A stretch of 64,000 nucleotides of DNA from a virus (Duplodnaviria > Heunggongvirae > Uroviricota > Caudoviricetes): IMG/VR virus record IMGVR_UViG_3300034102_002845; one strand, 5' to 3'. Made by a program: the position numbers and the translations under genes. Within the stretch, counting starts at the first letter, position 1, and each line of letters starts with the position of its first letter. The notes under the pieces were generated by a model that saw only the letters and a list, made by a program, of their open reading frames with translations, was not told the origin of the DNA and ran no database searches. This document shows, one piece after another, positions 19,782 through 27,207 of the stretch.

Positions 19782-19958
19782 TTGCCACTTTGCGCTGGAA
19801 AGATAAACCAGGCTGCCGGTGGCTCAAACCCCCCTTGTTACAAAATTCCTGCTAAACAAGGGGGGGGGGTAAGCGCAGGCTCATCCTTAGATGCCATTTG
19901 TTGGTTTCCTTAGTCTAAGGTGGTATAAAGGTAAACCAACAATCCCTCCGGAGGGGAA

Positions 19959-20023
19959 GGTGCGTGGCTTAGTGGTAAAGCTGGTCCGAAAGGCTGAACG
20001 CAGGTTCGATTCCTGCCGCACCA
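19959..20023 (+). ncRNA. mini-tRNA with anticodon arm replaced by a GAAA tetraloop hairpin
   Basis: GGTGCG/CGCACC acceptor, GCTT/AAGC D stem, canonical T arm. Confidence 0.6.
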
Positions 20024-20252
20024 CTCAAAGTGAGATTCGAGAGTTAGTCGCCTCGACACCCGCAGGGGTGTAGCTTAAAAGACTCCCTAACAGAGCGCAC
20101 TCAACCCCAGTCATCCCACGGCGCTGGTCGCATAGCCGAAGGCACTTCCTGAAGAAGGAACAACTACCGCTGGCGGACCTGGGGCGGTTTGTTGTAAAAC
20201 AATTGGTAATCAGTAGCGTCTCGCGAGCAACGCTGATACAACCAGGTCCTGC

Positions 20253-20320
20253 GACCCTAAGTTAATGCCTCCACGCGGCAGGGTTGGTAACTTTCCCTTT
20301 TGGGAAAGGCTAAATTAACT
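20253..20320 (+). ncRNA. HDV-like self-cleaving ribozyme
   Basis: P1 GACCCT/AGGGTT with G+1.U wobble, P2 AGTTAAT/ATTAACT, P3 GCC/GGC, L3 TCCACGC, P1.1 CC/GG, P4 CTTTCCC/GGGAAAG, J4/2 GCTAA. Confidence 0.85.
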
Positions 20321-20467
20321 GGGAATTTCTCATCCCGTACGTGAGAAACCTCGACCAAGGTGAGAAGTCAGTCGCTCAGGACACTCTGGGAAAACCTGCC
20401 AAGGGTTAATTTGGACGGAACTTTCATCCGTTACGTGAAAGCTCTCCTTTGGATTTCGAAGGAATCC

Positions 20468-20545
20468 GGGGTACTTTGACAGCGATTTGCTTTAAAACCT
20501 CCAGTAGGTCTGGCAATTCGGTGGGTTTGATTCCCGCTTACTCCA
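20468..20545 (+). ncRNA. tRNA-like RNA with G3.U70 and A73, no D stem
   Basis: GGGGTAC/TTACTCC-A acceptor, GTGGG-TTTGATT-CCCGC T arm. Confidence 0.45.
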
Positions 20546-20924
20546 TTGGATTTTCTCAAATCCGACACCCCAGAAAAGTTTACTACCCCTGGTAGTGACT
20601 ATAATGGATGAGTCACTGCTCTGCTTGGGCGAAAGCTAAACGGATAACCGGACCGTTCAGCTCCAAGTATCAGGTTTCCCCTGGGTTAGCTCCCAGGGGG
20701 TTTAACCCATTCTAGAAACTGGGATCGTAAGGAAAACGTCGTTAAGTTCTCGTCACTGCCCTGTAAACAGACGTTAACATGGGGTGCTTTCTTGAGGGCT
20801 GTCTTGCCGCTGGTGCCGCTAGATGAAACACTCTTACCGGCCAGTTTGCGAGCCCTGCTGAAAGCTTAGTCCCCTCTGTGCGGCATTGGTTCGCCAAGGC
20901 CACGGGATTAGCCTCCCGTGCTAC

Positions 20925-21000
20925 CCAGGTATCGCCTAACTTGGCTATGGCACCTCTTTCGGGAAGAGGAATAGTCCCGGTTCAAATCCGGGTGCCTGGA
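20925..21000 (+). tRNA. trnP: tRNA-Pro(CGG)
   Basis: CCTCT-TTCGGGA-AGAGG. Confidence 0.9.
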
Positions 21001-21071
21001 TGTCCCACTAACGTGGGAGCAAGGAAACTTGATAACTAAGAAACTATTCTGTCGCAAATGCGATAGCATTT

Positions 21072-21144
21072 GGGGTCTTAGCTCAGTTGGTAGAGCATCT
21101 CTGTGGCACGGAGAAGGTGACCGGTTCGACCCCGGTAGATTCCA
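21072..21144 (+). tRNA. trnA: tRNA-Ala(GGC)
   Basis: G3.U70; loop GTGGCAC. Confidence 0.9.
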
Positions 21145-21172
21145 CTTTGTGGGCAACCACAAACTAGATCAA

Positions 21173-21246
21173 GGGCTTACATGTACCAAGGCTGGCGAGA
21201 TTGCTTTGCAAGCAAACTGTGAAGAGTTCGATTCTCTTTAGGTCCA
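21173..21246 (+). tRNA. trnA: tRNA-Ala(TGC), atypical D arm
   Basis: G3.U70; loop TTTGCAA. Confidence 0.8.
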
Positions 21247-21264
21247 CTTTCGCTAACGCGAAAA

Positions 21265-21382
21265 CACGAGGGAGAAATGTCGGTTCAAGTCCGACCCTGG
21301 GAGCCTATAACGTAGGGTCCTGGGTAGTTTAACTGGTGCCAAGGACTTGTTATCAGTACGCACAAGTCCAAAAACTTCTCCC
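21265..21382 (+). ncRNA. apparently circularly permuted tRNA (3' half 21265-21303 precedes 5' half 21318-21382)
   Basis: acceptor TCCTGGG/CCTGGGA and anticodon stem TTCTCCC/GGGAGAA pair between the halves. Confidence 0.7.
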
Positions 21383-21386
21383 ACAA

Positions 21387-21459
21387 CCCCTCATAGTGTA
21401 GCGGCCAAGCACGCACCTCTGTCTAAGGTGTATCACGGGTTCAAATCCCGTTGAGGGGG
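21387..21459 (+). tRNA. trnD: tRNA-Asp(GTC)
   Basis: CACCT-CTGTCTA-AGGTG. Confidence 0.9.
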
Positions 21460-21495
21460 TTATTCCGAGGGGTGGCCACCCCAATGACGAATAAA

Positions 21496-21555
21496 GCCAG
21501 AGTCCCTGGATAGGGAAGAGTCGCGACAACTGGGTTCGAATCCCAAGCTCTGGTG
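21496..21555 (+). ncRNA. 60-nt mini-tRNA-like RNA lacking an anticodon arm
   Basis: GCCAGAG/CTCTGGT acceptor, TCCCT/AGGGA hairpin, TTCGAAT T loop. Confidence 0.55.
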
Positions 21556-21640
21556 TTGATACTTCGTATCAATTGCTGCTCCGGCAACGCTGCGGTGTTG
21601 CCTAAGAGCAAATCCCCTTTCTTTAAACCTCAAAGAAAGA

Positions 21641-21700
21641 TTTCACGATCCTACTGGAGGATTGCCATCGGCAAAGCAGGTTCGAGTCCTGCCTTGGAAA
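21641..21700 (+). ncRNA. 60-nt mini-tRNA-like RNA
   Basis: ATCCT/AGGAT and TGCC/GGCA hairpins, GCAGG-TTCGAGT-CCTGC T arm. Confidence 0.5.
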
Positions 21701-21791
21701 TTGGTGCGAAGATCCCTAAATCTTTAAGCCAGCTTGCCTCAGAATCCAGCTGTTTGCTTAGGGGCGAACGATCTCTGGTGAAAAGAGCGAG

Positions 21792-21864
21792 TCTCTCATC
21801 GACTAATTGGACAAGTCCCCGCCCGCTCAGGGTGGTAATCCAGGTTCGAACCCTGGTGAGAGTG
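21792..21864 (+). tRNA. trnE: tRNA-Glu(CTC)
   Basis: CCGCC-CGCTCAG-GGTGG; G at position 33. Confidence 0.75.
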
Positions 21865-21893
21865 TTTGCTCTAGCGTGCTAGAGTAGTTAAGA

Positions 21894-21967
21894 GCCCGAG
21901 TGACCCAGCGGAAGAGGTGCCTGACTTAAAATCAGGAAGTCGTAGGGTTCGAATCCCACCTCGGGTA
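21894..21967 (+). tRNA. trnL: tRNA-Leu(TAA), short variable loop
   Basis: CCTGA-CTTAAAA-TCAGG. Confidence 0.85.
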
Positions 21968-22018
21968 TTGCTCCTTTGGCCTGGGCCTGGAAGCTCAGTG
22001 AATAAGGAACAAACAATC

Positions 22019-22094
22019 GCGTATGTACCCCAACCGGAAGAGGGGCAACACTGAGACTGTTGTTATGTGGAGGTTCGACCCCCTCTCATGCGCA
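22019..22094 (+). tRNA. trnL: tRNA-Leu(GAG), short variable loop
   Basis: CAACA-CTGAGAC-TGTTG. Confidence 0.8.
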
Positions 22095-22167
22095 TTTTCC
22101 TCTCACCCCTTTCCTCACGGTGGCGTGAACTTGGAAAGAACCCTACGGTTGAAAACCATGGGCAAAA

Positions 22168-22238
22168 TCTCGAATCGACTAGTGGTAGGTCGCCTGTCTC
22201 TGAAACAGGAAACTTTGGTTCGAATCCAAATTTGAGAA
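22168..22238 (+). tRNA. trnQ: tRNA-Gln(CTG)
   Basis: CCTGT-CTCTGAA-ACAGG; U1-A72. Confidence 0.85.
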
Positions 22239-22291
22239 TAACGCTTGGGGCGTGTGTGCGGTCCTGCGTACGTTTCTCGTATAGAAACCTT

Positions 22292-22380
22292 GGAAGAGTG
22301 GTCGAGTGGCTGATGACGATTGCTTGGAAAGCAATTGAGGCGCAAAAGCGTCTCCGGAGGTTCGAATCCTCTCTCTTCCG
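22292..22380 (+). tRNA. trnS: tRNA-Ser(GGA)
   Basis: long variable arm; loop TTGGAAA. Confidence 0.9.
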
Positions 22381-22439
22381 TCTCACTTGAGAGTAGTACA
22401 GCATATAGGGTAAATTAAGGAAGTCAATACGAGCTTATT

Positions 22440-23141
22440 ATGTCGCTAGGTTACTTCTCAGACGAGGTAGTTGAGTGGCTTTACGAAAATTACTCAGAGT
22501 TGGCCGGGAGTATTCTCTACGAATTTACAACGTGCCAGCGACCCAACGGGACTGTCTACGGCACGGCAGGAACTTGTCGAAAAGGCACAGAGATAGAACA
22601 ACGCCGCCAGGAGTCAATAACTCACCTGAACACTACCCTGGCTTCCTTAAGGGACAAGCTAGATAAGTCCCCCAAAGAGGGCAGGGACAGGATAAATAGA
22701 CTGATCACCAAGTTGGAAACGGACCTAAAGGCTATTCAGGGTGTCAAAGGGGTGGAAAAGAAAAGTACGGGGGTCGGTAGTAGGGCAACAAGTCAGGATC
22801 TTTCTCGAAATACTAGAGATGCCTCCTCGATGACGCCTGAAAGGTCTCAAAATAAGGAGTATGGGTTTTACGGTACTACTCAATACGCGAATCCCAAGGA
22901 AGTGGAAGAGCGCTGGCGTAACGCATCACGAGGGATTCAGTCTCAAGGGGTGCTTCCGATATACGCACGACGCCTGCTCGACGCGTCGTGGGGTAGGCAT
23001 TTGGCAAATGAGCTGGGGAAGACACCGACTGACAAGGTTTGGAAAACGGTCCAAGGAAAGCTTGAGAAGCGTGGTTCACCAGAACGAAAACACTTCCTGA
23101 AGATGTTGAGGATGGTCACACAAGAGGACTACGAAGATTGA
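22440..23141 (+). CDS. hypothetical protein with C.R..G..YGT.G.CRKG motif
   Basis: motif shared with 40625..41434. Confidence 0.7.
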   Translation: MSLGYFSDEVVEWLYENYSELAGSILYEFTTCQRPNGTVYGTAGTCRKGTEIEQRRQESITHLNTTLASLRDKLDKSPKEGRDRINRLITKLETDLKAIQGVKGVEKKSTGVGSRATSQDLSRNTRDASSMTPERSQNKEYGFYGTTQYANPKEVEERWRNASRGIQSQGVLPIYARRLLDASWGRHLANELGKTPTDKVWKTVQGKLEKRGSPERKHFLKMLRMVTQEDYED

Positions 23142-23321
23142 TTGGGCTTGATGGCCCTGCGTAGGCCCCAGAGAGCTCCGAACTCGGGTATAGGCCCCTT
23201 GGGGCTGAGTTCAGGTGAGTGGCCCTTCAAGGACATTCAGGTGCTTTCAGGGCGGTCTTCACTGCGTAAAGGGCGGTTTACCTCCCTTTGTTTTTCACGG
23301 CGGAAACGGTATAATTAAAGG

Positions 23322-23510
23322 GTGAGTGGTGCCAATGACATGGAAGTCTTTGCTGTAATGATCGAACCTTACGGGTTTGTTGACTCCTTTGGTTTCGAAG
23401 ATGCCCGTCTGCGTCTTTTTGTGCGTCAGGAACACGCTGAAGCTTACCGAAAGGAGCTTACCGATGAGGGGTACGACGGGGTCCTGTTGAAACCCCTCCC
23501 AGTGCTTTAA
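23322..23510 (+). CDS. hypothetical protein (probably leaderless, GTG start)
   Basis: start 6 nt after TATAAT. Confidence 0.5.
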   Translation: MSGANDMEVFAVMIEPYGFVDSFGFEDARLRLFVRQEHAEAYRKELTDEGYDGVLLKPLPVL

Positions 23511-23555
23511 CTCGACTCAGTTTACACCTTGTCCCTGGAAACTCCGAATTTAACC

Positions 23556-23993
23556 ATGAAAATCAACTTCGACACCATCGCCCTGCCAACAGAGTGCTCT
23601 GGTGGGGTTGTCTCAGGGAATTTCTTCCTGGTTGCTGACAACGACCTAGACTTTGAGATCGCCCACGCAGACGTAATTGAGGCGGAAACAAACTACGAAA
23701 AATACAAGAATTTCCCCCTAGGCAAGGAAAGACGGTTTAAAGTTCTCTATGAGGCGTGCGAAAGGCTACTAAAAGCCCTGTGGAAAGTTCGTAAGGTTCA
23801 AGGAACGGACGAGGCAGTTTTTCTCCTGAGACTTCATAAAGGGTTCGCCAGGAACCTTTACAATCTTCTTCAATACGGCTGGTCCATCGACCCGAAGCTG
23901 GCGAATACCCGGAAGTTTAAGGACATAACTTACGAATTTTTCAGTTGGGGAGGAGACTACTCCTACGACTTTTTCAATCGCACAATGCCGTAA
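23556..23993 (+). CDS. hypothetical protein
   Basis: ORF. Confidence 0.6.
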   Translation: MKINFDTIALPTECSGGVVSGNFFLVADNDLDFEIAHADVIEAETNYEKYKNFPLGKERRFKVLYEACERLLKALWKVRKVQGTDEAVFLLRLHKGFARNLYNLLQYGWSIDPKLANTRKFKDITYEFFSWGGDYSYDFFNRTMP

Positions 23994-24082
23994 GCGTGTT
24001 AGGGTTGTGTGGCCCACAGACCCGTTGAGGGCGGTTTTCCCCCTTTGTTTTGCTCGGCAAAACCGCTATACTTACAGGGTAA

Positions 24083-24286
24083 GTGATTCTAATCACAACG
24101 ATGAGAACTCCCCTCGGATCTTACCGAAATCGCGCCCACAGAGAAATAACAGAGGTTTGCGCCATGGTGCACCCCGACTGTATAGCTTATTTGTATGGTT
24201 TCTCTCCCTGGCCGAACCTTGAATTGCGAAGAACCGTCTCAGAGACTTATGAACGTTTGCGAAACGACTTCCCTGGTTGCCACTGA
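24083..24286 (+). CDS. hypothetical protein
   Basis: after promoter. Confidence 0.45.
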   Translation: MILITTMRTPLGSYRNRAHREITEVCAMVHPDCIAYLYGFSPWPNLELRRTVSETYERLRNDFPGCH

Positions 24287-24345
24287 AAGATCATAAGCAA
24301 CCCCACTCACAAAAGTTTTGACTCCGCTAGTCTCACCAGCTCACA

Positions 24346-24534
24346 ATGGACCACATTTTCGTCCTCCTAATTTTCAGATGGGGAGACTTTGACATTCGGC
24401 AAAGCCTACTCGTCTCTGCTCACTCAACTGAGACCCTCGCCCTAACAGCCGGCTTCAACCTTGGCTTACCTAACGAACCTCCAGAAGACGACGGGGACTG
24501 GTTCGGAGTTGAGAAGGTTAGGTTCGGAGTCTAA
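24346..24534 (+). CDS. hypothetical protein
   Basis: ORF. Confidence 0.45.
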   Translation: MDHIFVLLIFRWGDFDIRQSLLVSAHSTETLALTAGFNLGLPNEPPEDDGDWFGVEKVRFGV

Positions 24535-24543
24535 CCATCCCTT

Positions 24544-24945
24544 TTGTTAATACACACAAGCAAACCTATGTTCTCCACAAAACCTTCGCTCATCGAGAAA
24601 ACTACATTGTTTTCGATTGACAATCACTCAGACAAGCAGGTTACGGTGACCACTCGCTTTACCCACCCTAGCACAGGTGAAGAAGTAGGAGAGTATTCCT
24701 ATATAGTCTTCTGTGAGAGTGCTTACCTTGGCAGCAACGGGGACGCGGTTCTGGTTAGCCCGTGGAAATGGGTGGGACACTGGGTCACCTATTACTTGAA
24801 GGACGGTGTCACGGAGGTATCCGTGCCCTCCGTCTCTCACGTTCAGGCACGCAGAGTCCTTAATCGAAGAACCTCGTGGTGGGGTCGAGTAATGAATACG
24901 CTAACTGGGTACGGGAGCGGCGAATTGTTTGCACCTTGGAACTAG
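24544..24945 (+). CDS. hypothetical protein
   Basis: ORF. Confidence 0.55.
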   Translation: MLIHTSKPMFSTKPSLIEKTTLFSIDNHSDKQVTVTTRFTHPSTGEEVGEYSYIVFCESAYLGSNGDAVLVSPWKWVGHWVTYYLKDGVTEVSVPSVSHVQARRVLNRRTSWWGRVMNTLTGYGSGELFAPWN

Positions 24946-25073
24946 GCCACTAGGCCAGTAGGGCGGTTTCCCGCCCTTGTATCTACCCCGCAGAAACGCT
25001 ATAGTTACTTCAGTGCTTTAGACAAAGCTGCTCTCTGGCATGCATCCACATTACACAAAACCACGCGAGAATC

Positions 25074-25307
25074 ATGGAAGACCACACCGAACGTTACTTA
25101 ATTGAGCAGAAAGTTGAAAACTTTCTCAAAGCCCAACAGACACTGAAAGGTTTGAATCAGATTAGAGAGAGTCAAGAAGTTAATAAGATCGGGGACATAG
25201 AGGGCGACCACGTGAAAGCCGACGGTCTCCTAGTGGACTTCGTTCTCTATCTGGGGTTCACAGAGATCGTAGAAGCTTACGAGTCTATCGGAAAATGGTA
25301 CGCCTGA
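25074..25307 (+). CDS. hypothetical protein
   Basis: GDIEGDHVKAD.LL...Y..IGKWYA phage motif. Confidence 0.6.
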   Translation: MEDHTERYLIEQKVENFLKAQQTLKGLNQIRESQEVNKIGDIEGDHVKADGLLVDFVLYLGFTEIVEAYESIGKWYA

Positions 25308-25397
25308 AAGAGGTTTACTTTTTGTAAAGTGCGCTAAGCTAGCTTGCGACTGGGGTTCAAGAGGGCGGTTTCCCCGCTTTACTTCCCTGGTGAAAAA

Positions 25398-25475
25398 CGC
25401 TATACTAAAGGGGTGGTTGGGAAGCTCGGCTTCCTCCTCGCTCCCGCTCTTGCGGACGGCACCTCGAAAACTTAA
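25398..25475 (+). promoter_or_regulatory. tRNA-operon leader 2 with boxA-like GCACCTCGAAAACTTAA
   Basis: same architecture as the other leaders. Confidence 0.75.
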
Positions 25476-25481
25476 TACCAA

Positions 25482-25554
25482 GGGAGCGTAGCTCAGCGGT
25501 AAGAGCAATCGGTTGATAACCGATAGGCCGCCTGTTCAAATCAGGCCGTTCCCA
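25482..25554 (+). tRNA. trnI: tRNA-Ile(GAT)
   Basis: ATCGG-TTGATAA-CCGAT. Confidence 0.9.
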
Positions 25555-25617
25555 TTTTCGCATTAGCGAAAAAGGTTGCCCAAGTACCTGCGATGGTGCT
25601 TTCTAAACTTGGGATTT

Positions 25618-25690
25618 GGGTTTGTAGCTCAATTGGCAGAGTAACCGGCTCTTACCCGGAACGTTGTGGGTTCGAATCCCACCAAACCCA
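25618..25690 (+). tRNA. trnK: tRNA-Lys(CTT)
   Basis: loop CTCTTAC. Confidence 0.85.
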
Positions 25691-25797
25691 TGGCCTTCGG
25701 GCATTTTTCGTAGAGCGAAAAAACGAACTGAAACGTTCCTCGCAGAGGTGAGACGCTCTGCCCCTATCGGCTAACTTTTGTTTTCCGATAAGAAAAC

Positions 25798-25870
25798 GGG
25801 GGCACATGTTCCAAGGTGGCGAGGACGCTTCGCAAGCGACTTGTGATCGGTTCAATTCCGATTGTCTCCA
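25798..25870 (+). tRNA. trnA: tRNA-Ala(CGC), atypical D arm
   Basis: G3.U70; loop TTCGCAA. Confidence 0.75.
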
Positions 25871-26022
25871 TTTTCGCACTCGCGAAAATTCCTTAAGCGA
25901 GGTTGCCGGTTTGCAACTTAAGGGATGGTAATAACCGGCTAGAGTAAGGATTCCTACTCATAAGGGGACGCTCGCGACCCCAGAGTGCTTCTTAATACCC
26001 CCTGCCGTAATGCAGGGCTCAA

Positions 26023-26103
26023 TGGGGTGTAGCATAATTGGTAATGCAGCTGGCTGTTAACCAGTGTCGAAAGACAATGAAGGTTCGAATCCTTCCACTC
26101 CAG
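26023..26103 (+). tRNA. trnN: tRNA-Asn(GTT) with extra GAAA-capped variable arm
   Basis: loop CTGTTAA; TGTC-GAAA-GACA arm. Confidence 0.85.
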
Positions 26104-26169
26104 TTTCTCCTACAGGAGAATACTAAACGGGAAGAGAACCTATTTCAGATTCTCTTCATACGTTAAGAA

Positions 26170-26324
26170 CGAAGTGTGCCGGAATTGGTATACGGCGGTG
26201 TGGATTCAGCCAATACGGATGGGGTTGTGAACAAATAGCAACCTCCTAGCTCATGGTTGCAACCACCGATCAGGTAACAGCTAGACGTAATCCTGATATG
26301 AGAGTTCGAGTCTCTCCACTTTGG
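26170..26324 (+). ncRNA. 155-nt tRNA-Leu-like scaffold with expanded anticodon domain and variable arm
   Basis: CGAAGTG/CACTTTG acceptor, Leu-type D loop, GAGAG-TTCGAGT-CTCTC T arm. Confidence 0.65.
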
Positions 26325-26418
26325 TTACCCTAAAACTTAGCCCGTGTACAACGGGTGAAAAAAAGGGGGTAAAGTTTCTTTAACTGTGTACCCTTATAAG
26401 AGGGATTGCGCAGCAATC

Positions 26419-26503
26419 CGCCCCATCGACTAACGGCGTCGTAGCCAGGTTAGGTCGCTACTTTCTTAAGGTAGAAATGCCGGTTCGACTCCGGCTGGGG
26501 CGA
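26419..26503 (+). tRNA. trnK: tRNA-Lys(CTT) with ~13-nt hairpin insertion in the D loop
   Basis: CTACT-TTCTTAA-GGTAG; GGC-GTCGTA-GCC insertion. Confidence 0.7.
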
Positions 26504-26506
26504 TTC

Positions 26507-26629
26507 CCCTAAGGTAAATAGCGGAACTAAAACTGAGTTCGATTCTCGGGATACTTGGAAGTTGTGTGGGTTCGATTCCCAACTAGAGTGCCGGCGCACG
26601 GGAAGGTTCGAAGCCTTCTATCTTAGGGT
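26507..26629 (+). ncRNA. RNA with three tandem T-loop hairpins inside a closing stem
   Basis: TTCGATT, TTCGATT and TTCGAAG hairpins; CCCTAAG/CTTAGGG closure. Confidence 0.6.
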
Positions 26630-26632
26630 GAT

Positions 26633-26721
26633 GGAAGATTGGCCGAGTGGTTGAAGGCGACGGTTTGCTAAACCGTTGAGCTGCGCAAGCAGCTCCGTGA
26701 GTTCGAATCTCACATCTTCCG
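26633..26721 (+). tRNA. trnS: tRNA-Ser(GCT)
   Basis: long variable arm; loop TTGCTAA. Confidence 0.9.
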
Positions 26722-26751
26722 TTGTTCTCTCCGAAGAACTACAAGAAAAAT

Positions 26752-26822
26752 GCCCTTCAAGCATTGTGGTGATGCAGCAGTTTTGTAAACTGCAGAGCAG
26801 GGTTCGATTCCCTGGCAGGGCT
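26752..26822 (+). tRNA. trnT: tRNA-Thr(TGT)
   Basis: GCAGT-TTTGTAA-ACTGC. Confidence 0.85.
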
Positions 26823-26934
26823 TTGCTCCGTGATTCGCTCAGTTAACCGAACGAACCGGGGCGGTTTCCCACCCTTTCGCTTCACGGTGAAACCAGCTAA
26901 ACTTAAATTGTTACCGTTGGTCCTCCAAATCAAA

Positions 26935-27159
26935 ATGGCTCAAGCAACTTTCGGCACCCTTAAAGGGTTGAGTGTTCGCAAAGAGAACGAGCTTTGTGTA
27001 TCCATCGCTGGAGAACTCACCGAGCTTTTGGAAGAGGGAGCATCCGCTCCTACCCGAGACGAGATTCTTGCGAAGCTGCAGGACTGCGTCAGGATGTACG
27101 GCAACGGGCACCTTGACGATTTCTTCGTTCGCAAGGTTGTATTTGAGTTCACCCTTTGA
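26935..27159 (+). CDS. hypothetical protein
   Basis: ATG after promoter, within track ORF 26830..27159. Confidence 0.55.
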   Translation: MAQATFGTLKGLSVRKENELCVSIAGELTELLEEGASAPTRDEILAKLQDCVRMYGNGHLDDFFVRKVVFEFTL

Positions 27160-27207
27160 TACGGCGGTTCCCGTCCTTGTTTCTGCCCCGCAGAAACGCT
27201 ATACTAA

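Noticed and set aside
20468-20545. A second tmRNA
   Set aside because: Only 78 nt with no tag reading frame; kept only as a TLD-like candidate.
18830-20920. RNase P RNA, SRP RNA or rRNA fragments
   Set aside because: The hallmark words (GAGGAAAGTCC, the SRP helix-8 GGAA/AGCAG motif, rRNA universal sequences) were not found by eye.
18862-22404. Track ORFs of 60-113 aa overlapping the tRNA/ncRNA block, and similar ones at 25230-28952 and 31223-31971
   Set aside because: They overlap clear cloverleafs and structured RNA and have no RBS or protein motifs; treated as chance ORFs.
25733-25765. Second HDV-like ribozyme (TCCTCGC L3-like word)
   Set aside because: No P3, P1 or P2 partners; the sequence forms a simple GCAGAG/CTCTGC hairpin.
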